A stretch of 64,000 nucleotides of DNA from the NCBI RefSeq assembly GCF_020073745.1, contig NZ_JAIRAU010000047.1, forward strand, positions 285,990-349,989. Reading direction: 5' to 3'. The position numbers were made by a program, and so were the translations under genes. Below, in pieces: positions 1 through 9,868 of the stretch (the stretch's first letter is position 1; every line of letters begins with the position of its first letter). This DNA comes from Nannocystis pusilla. Its GTDB lineage: Bacteria > Myxococcota_A > Polyangia > Nannocystales > Nannocystaceae. Under the pieces are notes generated by a model that was not told the DNA's origin, did no database searches, and was given only the letters and a program-made list of their open reading frames with translations.

Positions 1-63
1 AGCACGTGAACCGGTAGGGGCCCGCCGAGCGAGGGACCCAAGTCCGCCGCTCCGTGCCCGCCG

Positions 64-828
64 TCACCCAGTTCTTCCGGGCCCCGCGCCTCCGCACGAG
101 CGAAGCTCTCCGGCCCCCGCCCCTCCGCCCGAGCGAAGCTCTCCGGACTCGCCCCCCGCCCCTCCGGACTCGACCCCCGCACTCCCGGACGAGCCAGCCC
201 GCTCGATCGCCCCGTAAAGCAACCGAGCCGCCCGCGCCACCTGCTCCACCACCGTCTCCGGCCCGTGCAGCTCGCCCGTCCAGCCGACCAGGCGGGAGAA
301 CCACACGTCCTGCAGGACCGCCAGCATCTCGAGCTCCGTCGCCGTCACCGGTCCCTCGTCGCGGCCGCGGATCGCCCCCACGATCAGCTCCATCAGCGCG
401 CTGTGGAACCTGTGCAGCCGTTCTGCCAGCGCGTTCTCACCCGTCGCCGCCGAGCGGATCACCGCGCGTCCCAGGTGCGGTCGAGCGCACAGCGTCTCGG
501 TCAGCGCGGCGAAGCACTCGATCAGGCGGTCGAGGCGGGTCGCCCCGGGCAGGGGTGCGTCGCCGAAGCGCTCGCGCAGTGCCACCAGCTCGAGCGACAG
601 CACCCCGACCAGCAGGTCTTCCTTGCTGCGGAAGCGCTTGTAGACCGTGCCCAGGGCCACGCCGGACGCCTGGGCCACGTCGCGCAGGCGCACCGCCGAG
701 AACCCGCCGGACTCGGCGAGTCGGACTGCCGCGTCGAGGATTCGGCGGGCGCGGTCGTCGACGAGGGTGAGCTCGCCTGGGATCGGGGCAGCCGTCATGT
801 CTCCTCGGTGTATGCGGCTCGGGGGCAC
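64..828 (-). CDS. TetR/AcrR family transcriptional regulator
   Basis: ORF 254 aa. N-terminal HTH ('RILDAAVRLAESGGFSAVRLRDVAQASGVALGTVYKRF') is typical of TetR. It lies adjacent and co-directional to the P450 gene. Confidence 0.8.
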   Translation of the reverse strand: MPPSRIHRGDMTAAPIPGELTLVDDRARRILDAAVRLAESGGFSAVRLRDVAQASGVALGTVYKRFRSKEDLLVGVLSLELVALRERFGDAPLPGATRLDRLIECFAALTETLCARPHLGRAVIRSAATGENALAERLHRFHSALMELIVGAIRGRDEGPVTATELEMLAVLQDVWFSRLVGWTGELHGPETVVEQVARAARLLYGAIERAGSSGSAGVESGGAGGESGELRSGGGAGAGELRSCGGAGPGRTG

Positions 829-831
829 GCG

Positions 832-2214
832 TCAACGCTTCGCTTCGACGCGAACGAGGACCCCGTGGCGGGGCCGCATCGTGATCTGGAATTCTTGCGC
901 GATCCGGGCCTGCGGGCTCAGCGACAGGCGGAAGCGCTGGGCGATCATCGCCAGCACCAGCGTCCCTTCGAGCAGCGTGAAATGATTGCCGATGCACATT
1001 CGCGGACCGGCGCTGAACGGGATGTAGGCCAGCTTGTGCCGGCCTTGCGCCTGGCCTGGCAGAAATCGCACGGGTTCGAAGCGCTCGGGTTCGTCCCAGA
1101 AGCGCGGGTCGCGGTGCATCAAGAACGGCAAGTACAGCACGCGATCGCCCGGATGGACCCGGTGGCCCGCGAGTTCGGTCTCCGCCACGATGTCGCGGCC
1201 TCCGCTCCAGGTCGGCGGGTACAGCCGCAGCGACTCTTGCAGCACCGCCTTCGTGTACACCAGCGTCGTCTGCACGTCCTCCGCGGTCGGCACGCGTCCG
1301 CCCAGCGCATCGACCTCCGCGATCACGCGGTCCCACACCTCGGGATGCGTCCCCAGCAGGTAGAACGTCCACGCCAGCGCGATCGCCGTCGTCTCGTGGC
1401 CTGCCAGGAAGAACGTCACGATCTCGTCGCGCACCAGCCGTGGGTCGAGCGGTGCCCCCTGTTCGTCGCGCGCGTTCAGGTACGCCGCCAGCAGGTCGTC
1501 GCCGTGCGTCCCTGCCGCCCGGCGGCGCGAGATGATCTCGAACGTCACCGCGTCGAGCGTCCGCAGCGCCTTGCGCAGGCGCAGGTTGCCCGGCGTCGGC
1601 CAGTGCAACGGCAGCTGCAGCATCTGGTTCCCGCGGCCCGACACCTGCTCGAGCGCCACCGTGAACGCCTCCGCCGACTCGTCCACGCGCGCGCTGAGGT
1701 CGAGGCTGAAGAGCGTCTCGCCGATGATCTCCATCGCCAGCGCCAGCAGCTCCTTGTACACGTCGAACTCGTCGCCGACCTCGTAGCGCTGCGTCCACCT
1801 CGTCAGCGTCCGCTCCGTCAGCCGCGTCATCTTGCCCGCCAGCGCCGCCACACTGCCCTTATTAAAACTCGGCTGGGCGATCCGGCGCTCGCGCCGCCAC
1901 AGCTCGCCCTCGCTGGTCAGGATCCCGTCGCCGACCAGCACGCGGATCGAGTCGTACGTGTCGCGCTTCCCGTACGAGTCCTTGTCCGTCAGCAGGATCT
2001 GCTCGACCGCGTCGGGGTGCAGCGCCACGAACAGCGAGTGCTTGCCGACGCACAGGCGAAAGAAGTCGCCGTGCTTCTGCCGCGCCGCCTCGACCACCGG
2101 CATCAGCCCGTGGCGCGTGAGCATCGGCAGGTGGCCGAACACCGGCCACCGCGACGGCGTGGGGATCGAGTCGATGGGCGGCGGCGAGACGCGGTCGAGC
2201 AGGGCTTGCAGCAC
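832..2214 (-). CDS. cytochrome P450
   Basis: 460 aa. Heme-thiolate signature 'FSAGPRMCIGNHF' (FxxGxRxCxG), an EXXR-like 'ESLRLYPP', and an 'AGHETT' I-helix motif. Confidence 0.9.
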   Translation of the reverse strand: MLQALLDRVSPPPIDSIPTPSRWPVFGHLPMLTRHGLMPVVEAARQKHGDFFRLCVGKHSLFVALHPDAVEQILLTDKDSYGKRDTYDSIRVLVGDGILTSEGELWRRERRIAQPSFNKGSVAALAGKMTRLTERTLTRWTQRYEVGDEFDVYKELLALAMEIIGETLFSLDLSARVDESAEAFTVALEQVSGRGNQMLQLPLHWPTPGNLRLRKALRTLDAVTFEIISRRRAAGTHGDDLLAAYLNARDEQGAPLDPRLVRDEIVTFFLAGHETTAIALAWTFYLLGTHPEVWDRVIAEVDALGGRVPTAEDVQTTLVYTKAVLQESLRLYPPTWSGGRDIVAETELAGHRVHPGDRVLYLPFLMHRDPRFWDEPERFEPVRFLPGQAQGRHKLAYIPFSAGPRMCIGNHFTLLEGTLVLAMIAQRFRLSLSPQARIAQEFQITMRPRHGVLVRVEAKR

Positions 2215-2475
2215 GGAGATTCATCCTCTTTGAAACGTGTTCTACACACCTAGAACGCGTTTCATTTCCAGGCAAGAGGCCTACCTCGCGCGATGCCGAG
2301 CATTCCTGCTCGGACGCCCGTCTCAGCCGCCATCTCGCCCTCTCCGCCGCGGCCGACCGCCGCGATTGTCGCGCGCGAATCCGCCCCGCGCGGGGCCGAC
2401 CAGGCGAACCGGCGTCGGCATGCCCCGGAGGACATGTCCTTCAGGTCACTATCACATGTCCCGAGAGACAGCCCA

Positions 2476-4614
2476 TCACAGGCACGGGTCGCCGGCCGGC
2501 AGCAGCACCCGCAGCGAGCGCGGCGCCATCGCCACCTCCGCGCCCGGCCTCACCTCGAGCGGCTCGCCCGTCAGCGCGTCCACGTACGAGCCTGGCGCGA
2601 AGGACATGTCCTCGAGCGCGATCGCCCCCGCCTGCCCCGCGCGCCACGCCAGCACCAGCGCGCGCTGCCCCTCCGGCGTCGCCCGCTCGAACGCGTACGC
2701 CTCGCCCTCGGCCACCAGCGCCCGCCGTTCGCCGCGCAGCAGCGCCGGCGAGCAGCGGCGCAGCTGCCCGAGCCGGCGCGTCGTCGCCAGCAACCTCGCT
2801 TGCGGCTCCATCAACGCGTCGAGCGCCGGCATCACCCGCCGGCAGTCGGGGTCGTTGCCGCCGGCCAGCCCGACCTCGTCGCCGTAGTAGATCACCGGCA
2901 GCCCCGGCAGCGTCAGCACCAGCCCGAGCGCCAGCGCCTGGCGCTCGTACGGCTCCGCCGCGACCGGCTGCGGCTCCGGGCTGGCCCATGGGTCAGGTGC
3001 CGTCCCGCCGGCGGCCTCCGACAAAAACCGCGTCGTGTCATGGTTGCCGATCATCCGCGCCAGCGTCCCGCCGCTGCCGGCCGTCTTCGCCTCGACCGCG
3101 AGCAGCGACGTCTCGACCGCCTCGAACCCCGCCGACTCGTGAGCCACCGCGTCGCGCAGCGCCCACATCAGCGGGAAGTCGAACACGCTGTCGAGCCCTT
3201 CCGGACCCAGGTAGTAGCGGATCACCTCGATCCCGCCCGCCCCCGGCCCCGTGAACACCTCGCCGACGAAGAAGCTCGCCTCGCGCGGCGCCAGCCGCTC
3301 GCGCACCTCCGCCGCGATCCGGCGCGTCGCCGCCCGCGGCATCATCGGCACCGCGTCGACCCGCATCCCGTCGACGTCGAATTCTTCCATCCACCACACC
3401 GCGTCCTCGTAGGCCCAGCGCAGCGCCTCCGGCCGCTCGAGCCGCAGGTCGGGCAGGTACGGCGTGAACCAGCACGTCTGGATGTAGCGCCCCCAGTCGC
3501 AGCTCCCGAGCCCGCACACACATGTCGGATCGGACCTGTTCCACAGGTCATCCGCCGCGTGCGCCACGTAGCGCTCGTTGGCCTCGTACAAGTGGTTGGG
3601 CACCAGGTCGAGCAGCACCCGGATCCCGCGTGCGTGCGCCGCCGCCACCAGCGAACGCAGCGCCGCCTCGCCGCCGATCCGCGGATCGACCGCGCGCGAC
3701 TCGAGCGGCCAGTAGCCGTGATAGCCCTCGTAGAGGTGCCCGTCGCCGCGGCCCTCGCGGGCCTCGGTCGGGTTCACGTACACCGGCGACAGCCACAGCG
3801 CCGTCGCCCCGAGGGCCGCGATCGACTCGAGCTCCGCCTCGATCCCGTCGAGCGTCCCGCCCGCGCGCCCGCCCGGGCTCGCCGGCGGCGCCAGCGTCGC
3901 CCCGCCCGGCCCGCGGAAGCGATCGATCATCACCTGCACGAGCACGCCCTCCTGCGGCCGGGCCGCCGCCGGCTCGACCCACGCGACCGCCCGCGCCCGC
4001 GCCTCGCGACCGGCGCGATCGAGCGCCACCAGCTCGAGCGAGTGCTTGCCGCGAGGCAGCCCCGCGCGCTCGATCGTGATCGACCCGCTCGCCGGATCGA
4101 TCACCGCCGGCACCACCGTCCCGTCGCTCGCGCGGCCCTCCGCGCGCTGCAGCGGCGAGCCGTCGGCCCCCGCCAGCAGCCGCGCCGACGCCGACCACGT
4201 CCCGGCCGGCGTCGCCTCGACCGCGTCGACCACCAGCTCCGGCTGCGCACAATCGGCGATCCGCAGCAGCGACACCTCGAGGTCGTCCTGCTCGCGCCAG
4301 AACGTCGTTAGCGGGTTGTGCTCGTCGACGCGATCGACCCCGTCCTCGACGATCAGGTAGCCGTATTCGCCGGGCGGCAGCTCGAGCCGCGCCACCTGCC
4401 ACTGCGGGTCCTCGGAGCTGGTCCGCAGCGGCACCCCGGGCACGTACCACGCGTTCCACGAGCCCACGATCTCGAGCGACGCCCCGGTCCGCTGCGGCTG
4501 AGCCCACACCGTCACCGAGCAATCGCGCCGCGGCGGCGCCGCGTCCTCGCAAGCGGCGAGCCCGACCGCGATCGCCGCGGCCATCACTCGGACCTGCCGA
4601 CCTCCCCCGCGCAT
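2476..4614 (-). CDS. GH13 alpha-amylase family glycoside hydrolase (lipoprotein signal)
   Basis: 712 aa. N-terminal signal/lipobox 'AAIAVGLAAC'. GH13 catalytic motifs 'DGMRVDAVPMM' and 'GNHDTTRF', plus a 'YHGYW' motif. Confidence 0.85.
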   Translation of the reverse strand: MRGGGRQVRVMAAAIAVGLAACEDAAPPRRDCSVTVWAQPQRTGASLEIVGSWNAWYVPGVPLRTSSEDPQWQVARLELPPGEYGYLIVEDGVDRVDEHNPLTTFWREQDDLEVSLLRIADCAQPELVVDAVEATPAGTWSASARLLAGADGSPLQRAEGRASDGTVVPAVIDPASGSITIERAGLPRGKHSLELVALDRAGREARARAVAWVEPAAARPQEGVLVQVMIDRFRGPGGATLAPPASPGGRAGGTLDGIEAELESIAALGATALWLSPVYVNPTEAREGRGDGHLYEGYHGYWPLESRAVDPRIGGEAALRSLVAAAHARGIRVLLDLVPNHLYEANERYVAHAADDLWNRSDPTCVCGLGSCDWGRYIQTCWFTPYLPDLRLERPEALRWAYEDAVWWMEEFDVDGMRVDAVPMMPRAATRRIAAEVRERLAPREASFFVGEVFTGPGAGGIEVIRYYLGPEGLDSVFDFPLMWALRDAVAHESAGFEAVETSLLAVEAKTAGSGGTLARMIGNHDTTRFLSEAAGGTAPDPWASPEPQPVAAEPYERQALALGLVLTLPGLPVIYYGDEVGLAGGNDPDCRRVMPALDALMEPQARLLATTRRLGQLRRCSPALLRGERRALVAEGEAYAFERATPEGQRALVLAWRAGQAGAIALEDMSFAPGSYVDALTGEPLEVRPGAEVAMAPRSLRVLLPAGDPCL

Positions 4615-4710
4615 CGGCCTCAGCGTATCACGCCGGGCTCTGCCGCCGGCCGCCGCGTGCAGCCCCGTGCGCGTCTGCCTGGTGGTGCTACGGGTTTCAC
4701 GGAGCCACCC

Positions 4711-5019
4711 ATGCAGTCACAACAGATGATCCAGGCCCTCGCGCAGATCACCTCGGACTTCCGCCGCGGCGACCTCGACGCCGCCTATCAGGGCTATCGC
4801 GACCTGTTCAGCAGCCCCGCCTTCAACCAGGGCAACGCCGACGATCGGCGACATGCCCTGCGGCAACTCGTCTACACCCAGGGCGCCCCGACCCAGTTCA
4901 CCCGGACCATGCGGGTCGCCCACGACGCCGCGCTCGGGCCGATCCAGGCCCTCATCGCCGAGCAGGACGACCCGGCCGACCGCGAGCTGCTGCGCGTCTG
5001 CAAGACTCGCCTGACGTAG
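4711..5019 (+). CDS. hypothetical small protein
   Basis: About 102 aa ORF starting at ATG 4711 (MQSQQMIQALAQ...). No recognisable motif. It sits in the gap between the two divergent amylase-locus genes. Confidence 0.35.
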   Translation: MQSQQMIQALAQITSDFRRGDLDAAYQGYRDLFSSPAFNQGNADDRRHALRQLVYTQGAPTQFTRTMRVAHDAALGPIQALIAEQDDPADRELLRVCKTRLT

Positions 5020-5076
5020 CCCGCGATCCACGCTCGACAACCGTCGTCGCTTCGGAGTACCACTTGCGACGACGCC

Positions 5077-6720
5077 GTGCGCCGCGATCTTCGTCCTGTC
5101 CTGTCCCTCGCCGTCGCGTTCCTCGGCGCCGCCGTCTCACCTGCGGCCGCCGCCCAGAGCCCGCCCGCGCCGCCGACCACCTCGCAACCGACCGCCTCGA
5201 CGCCGCCGGTCACCCCGGAACCGACTGAAGCTGTCCCTGCGGACAGCCCGACCGAGGTCGCCACCGAGCCTGAGCCCGCGCCCGACGGGCCCGACGAGGC
5301 CACCCCGCGCGAGGCCCCGCCGCCCGCGCCCGTGCCCGAGCCGGCCGTCAAGCCGGACAAGAAGCCGGCCGCCAGGGGCCCGCACCCGCACGATCCCAAC
5401 AGCCCCCCGGGCCTCGCCGACGGCTTCCACTTCGGCTCCTACGGCCGCGTCATCGCCGGCGGGGACGCGGCAGGTCGGGCCGGGCGCAACGGCGACATCG
5501 TCGCCCGCGGCTCGCGGCTCGACGAGGCCAACTACGCCGAGCTCGAGCTGCGGCGCGAGGACTACTGGAAGTCGACCGGCGCCTACACGCGGATCGTCGC
5601 CACGACCGCCTTCGCCAACCCGATCTTCCACTACAACGGCCAGTTCGCCGCCGCGCTGGCGATCCGCAACCTCTACCTCGAGGTCCGCAACGCCGGCCTC
5701 AAGGGCCTGTCCTTTTGGGCAGGTGCCCGCATGTACCGCGGCGACGACATCTACCTGCTCGACTTCTGGCCGCTCGACAACCTCAACACCGTCGGCGGCG
5801 GCGTCGGTTACACCTTCAAGACCGGCACCGAGCTCAAGTTCCACGCCGGCCTCAATCAGCCGACCGATCCGTACTATCGCCAGACCATCCTGCGCCCGCC
5901 CACCTACAATCAATTCGGGCAGGCCGAGGTCGCGATCCTCGATCGCCAGAAGCTGGTCAGCAGCGTCAAGCTCAGCCACGTCTGGCCGATCGGCGCCAGC
6001 GGCGGCGTCAAGGGCATCCTCTACGGCGAGCTGCACTACGTGCCCGAGGGCCAGCGCGAGGTCGAGAACAAGGTCTACGAGCAGGTCCCGAAGGACAAGG
6101 GCTTCGTCGGCGGCGCCCAGATCAGCGCCTTCACCGGCAAGCGCAGCACCTACGTCAACCTCACCGCGCGCTTCGCCTCCGGCCTGGCCGCCTACGGCGA
6201 GCTCAACGCGCCCCGGCAGCTGCGGCCCGATCGCCTGACCACCGGCGCCTACGAGATGCTCGTCACCCTCAGCGGCAACTGGGAGCGCGGCCCGTTCGGC
6301 CTGCTCATGGGCTCGTATTATCGCCAGTTCCGCAACGCCAGCCGCACGCTCGACTGGGACGACCTCAACGAGGGCATCGTCATCGTCCGCCCGCAGGTGT
6401 GGTTCGCCAAGATCGCCGGCGTCGCGCTCGAGGCCTCGTATCAGGCCCAGCAGCGCGGCGTCGCCACCGAGGCCGAGCCCGACCTGTTCAAGCCCGTGTT
6501 CGCCCAGATGGGCCGCTTCGGCTTGATCCCCTTCATCACCCCGGGCGGCCCCGGCGCGTTCCAGCGCCCGCACATCCGCCTGATCTACCTCCTCACCGTG
6601 CGCGACGCCGCCGCGCGCTCGTTCTACCCGGCCGACGACAAGTTCGCCCGCCGCGGCGTCGACCATTTCATCGGCGTCGGCGCCGAATGGTGGTTCGGCT
6701 CGACCAGTTATTTCCGCTGA
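5077..6720 (+). CDS. putative secreted/outer-membrane beta-barrel protein (possible maltodextrin porin)
   Basis: 547 aa. Signal peptide 'LSLAVAFLGAAVSPAAAAQ', a Pro-rich linker, then alternating amphipathic beta-strand-like segments with an aromatic-rich C-terminus. It is embedded in the amylase/mal transporter locus. Confidence 0.45.
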   Translation: MRRDLRPVLSLAVAFLGAAVSPAAAAQSPPAPPTTSQPTASTPPVTPEPTEAVPADSPTEVATEPEPAPDGPDEATPREAPPPAPVPEPAVKPDKKPAARGPHPHDPNSPPGLADGFHFGSYGRVIAGGDAAGRAGRNGDIVARGSRLDEANYAELELRREDYWKSTGAYTRIVATTAFANPIFHYNGQFAAALAIRNLYLEVRNAGLKGLSFWAGARMYRGDDIYLLDFWPLDNLNTVGGGVGYTFKTGTELKFHAGLNQPTDPYYRQTILRPPTYNQFGQAEVAILDRQKLVSSVKLSHVWPIGASGGVKGILYGELHYVPEGQREVENKVYEQVPKDKGFVGGAQISAFTGKRSTYVNLTARFASGLAAYGELNAPRQLRPDRLTTGAYEMLVTLSGNWERGPFGLLMGSYYRQFRNASRTLDWDDLNEGIVIVRPQVWFAKIAGVALEASYQAQQRGVATEAEPDLFKPVFAQMGRFGLIPFITPGGPGAFQRPHIRLIYLLTVRDAAARSFYPADDKFARRGVDHFIGVGAEWWFGSTSYFR

Positions 6721-6748
6721 CGCGGACCTTCGCGAACGGAGGCACCCC

Positions 6749-8707
6749 ATGCAATTCCGACTCCTCGCATTCGCCCCCGCGCTCCTCGCCGCCGCCGGCT
6801 GCCTGCACTTCGACACCCTCGAGGAGCCGGTCAAGGTCGCCACCCACGCCAAGGACTGGCGCGAGGCCGTCATCTACCAGGTCCTCATCGACCGCTTCGA
6901 CGACGGCGACGACGGCAACAACTACTTGCTCGACCGCGAGAACATGGCCCGCTACCACGGCGGCGACTGGATCGGGCTCGAGAACCGGCTCGACTACATC
7001 CTGGAGCTCGGCGTCAACACCCTGTGGATCTCGCCGGTCATCAAGAACATCGAGACCGACGCCAACGTCGACGGCTACCACGGCTACTGGGCCGTCGACC
7101 TGACCCAGCCGAACGCCCACTTCGGCAACCTCGACGATCTGCGCAGCCTCGTCCAGGCCGCGCACGAGCGCGACATGCTGGTCGTGATCGACATCGTCGC
7201 CAATCACATGGGTCAGCTGTTCTTCTACGACATGAACCTCAACGGCGTGCCCGACATCTTGCTGCAGGGCACCGGCACCCGCCCGCAGGGCACCCCGGTG
7301 CCGCCCGGCTTCGACCAATCGGGCTTCACCCACATCACCGAGTACGACCCCGACTTCAACCCCGGCGGCGTCCAGGCCTTCACCTCGCTCGGGCCCGCCG
7401 GCCCGGCGCCGATCATCTTCCCCTTCGATCCGAAGAGCGGCCACGTCACCCCGATGCCGGCCATCTTCCAGAACCCCGACGTCTACAACCGCAAGGGCCG
7501 CACCTTCAATTATGACGACCCGCAGCAGCTCCTCACCGGTGATTTCCCCGGCGGCCTGAAGGACGTCAACACCACCCGCTGCGACGTCAAGCAGGCGTTC
7601 GTCGACTCCTACGCGCGGTGGATCGAGCTGACCGACGCCGACGGCTTCCGCATCGACACCGTCAAGCACGTCGAGCGCGAGTTCTGGCGCTACTTCACCC
7701 AGCGCGTGCGCCAGCGGCTGGCGGCCCGGGGCAAGCACAAGTTCTTCATGTTCGGCGAGGCCTTCGACGGCCGCGACGAGTTGGTCGGCTCGTTCACCAA
7801 GAACGACCTCCCGAGCGACGAGGAGCTCGCGCGCGAGAACTCGTGCGACGACGGCCCCGAGCTCACCGGCGACCAGCTCGACAGCGCCTTCTACTTCCCG
7901 CAGCACTACCAGGTGTTCCGCGACGTGTTCCAGGACGCCGCCTCGACCGACCGGATCGCCAATTTGTGGGCCAACAAGACCGTCAATTACGGCACCGTCG
8001 CCCCGGCCGACAGCGCCGGCGTCGCGCCCCACAAGGTCCTCGTCAACTTCATCGACAACCACGACGTCGCCCGCTTCCTCTACTTCGCCCGCGCGCGCGT
8101 CGACGCCGACCCCGCGTTCGCCGGCAAGTCGCTGCGCGACAAGGAGCTGCGCCTGCGCGCCATGCTGCAGAACGCCCTCCTCATGCTCATGACCGCCGAG
8201 GGCATCCCGTGCCTCTATTACGGCACCGAGCTCGAGTACCGCGGCGGCAACGACCCGAGCAACCGCGAGGACATGTGGCGGCCCTACCCCTATTTGGGCG
8301 ACACCGCCGCGCCGCCCGCGTTCGACACCACCGGCCCGACCTTCGTCTTCACCAAGAAGCTGATCGAGATGCGCAAGAAGCTGGCCGCCCTGCGCCGCGG
8401 CGACACCACGGTCGTGTGGTCGACCTCGCGCACCGGCGACGAGTCCGACGCCGGCATCTTCGCGTTCGAGCGGGCCGGCGGCGAGGCCGGCGGCAACTAT
8501 GCGCTCGTCGTGTTCAACACCAACCAGCACCACGACAGCCGCACCGCCTTCGACGGCACCACCATGACCACCTCCGCACCCGCCGGGGCCGTGCTGGTCG
8601 ACGTCCTCGACGGCAACAAGCAGTACACCGTCGGGGCCGGCGGCGCGCTCGACCTCACCCTCCCGCCGGTGTCCGGCATGCTCCTGGTCCCGCAGCAAGA
8701 CGTCTGA
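6749..8707 (+). CDS. GH13 alpha-amylase family protein (lipoprotein)
   Basis: 652 aa. Lipobox 'LLAAAGC'. GH13 motifs 'DGFRIDTVKHV', 'FIDNHDVARF' and 'GYHGYWAVD'. Confidence 0.85.
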   Translation: MQFRLLAFAPALLAAAGCLHFDTLEEPVKVATHAKDWREAVIYQVLIDRFDDGDDGNNYLLDRENMARYHGGDWIGLENRLDYILELGVNTLWISPVIKNIETDANVDGYHGYWAVDLTQPNAHFGNLDDLRSLVQAAHERDMLVVIDIVANHMGQLFFYDMNLNGVPDILLQGTGTRPQGTPVPPGFDQSGFTHITEYDPDFNPGGVQAFTSLGPAGPAPIIFPFDPKSGHVTPMPAIFQNPDVYNRKGRTFNYDDPQQLLTGDFPGGLKDVNTTRCDVKQAFVDSYARWIELTDADGFRIDTVKHVEREFWRYFTQRVRQRLAARGKHKFFMFGEAFDGRDELVGSFTKNDLPSDEELARENSCDDGPELTGDQLDSAFYFPQHYQVFRDVFQDAASTDRIANLWANKTVNYGTVAPADSAGVAPHKVLVNFIDNHDVARFLYFARARVDADPAFAGKSLRDKELRLRAMLQNALLMLMTAEGIPCLYYGTELEYRGGNDPSNREDMWRPYPYLGDTAAPPAFDTTGPTFVFTKKLIEMRKKLAALRRGDTTVVWSTSRTGDESDAGIFAFERAGGEAGGNYALVVFNTNQHHDSRTAFDGTTMTTSAPAGAVLVDVLDGNKQYTVGAGGALDLTLPPVSGMLLVPQQDV

Positions 8708-8713
8708 CGATCC

Positions 8714-9785
<1,072 letters not shown>

Positions 9786-9787
<2 letters not shown>

Positions 9788-9868
9788 GCATGTCCTCGAG
9801 AGCCTGTCGATACGCGCGTGTCCGTCCGGGCATGTCCCCGCGAACAGGCTCCTTCGCACATGTCCTCT
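9786..9868. repeat. six-unit phased palindromic array (14-bp period: ...gagCATGtcc / agCCTGtcg / gcgCGTGtcc / gggCATGtcc / gaaCAGGctc / gcaCATGtcc)
   Basis: CATG/CCTG/CGTG/CAGG cores fall at 9789, 9803, 9817, 9831, 9845 and 9859, exactly 14 bp apart. The array spans the malK stop and the MalE-F start. Confidence 0.85.
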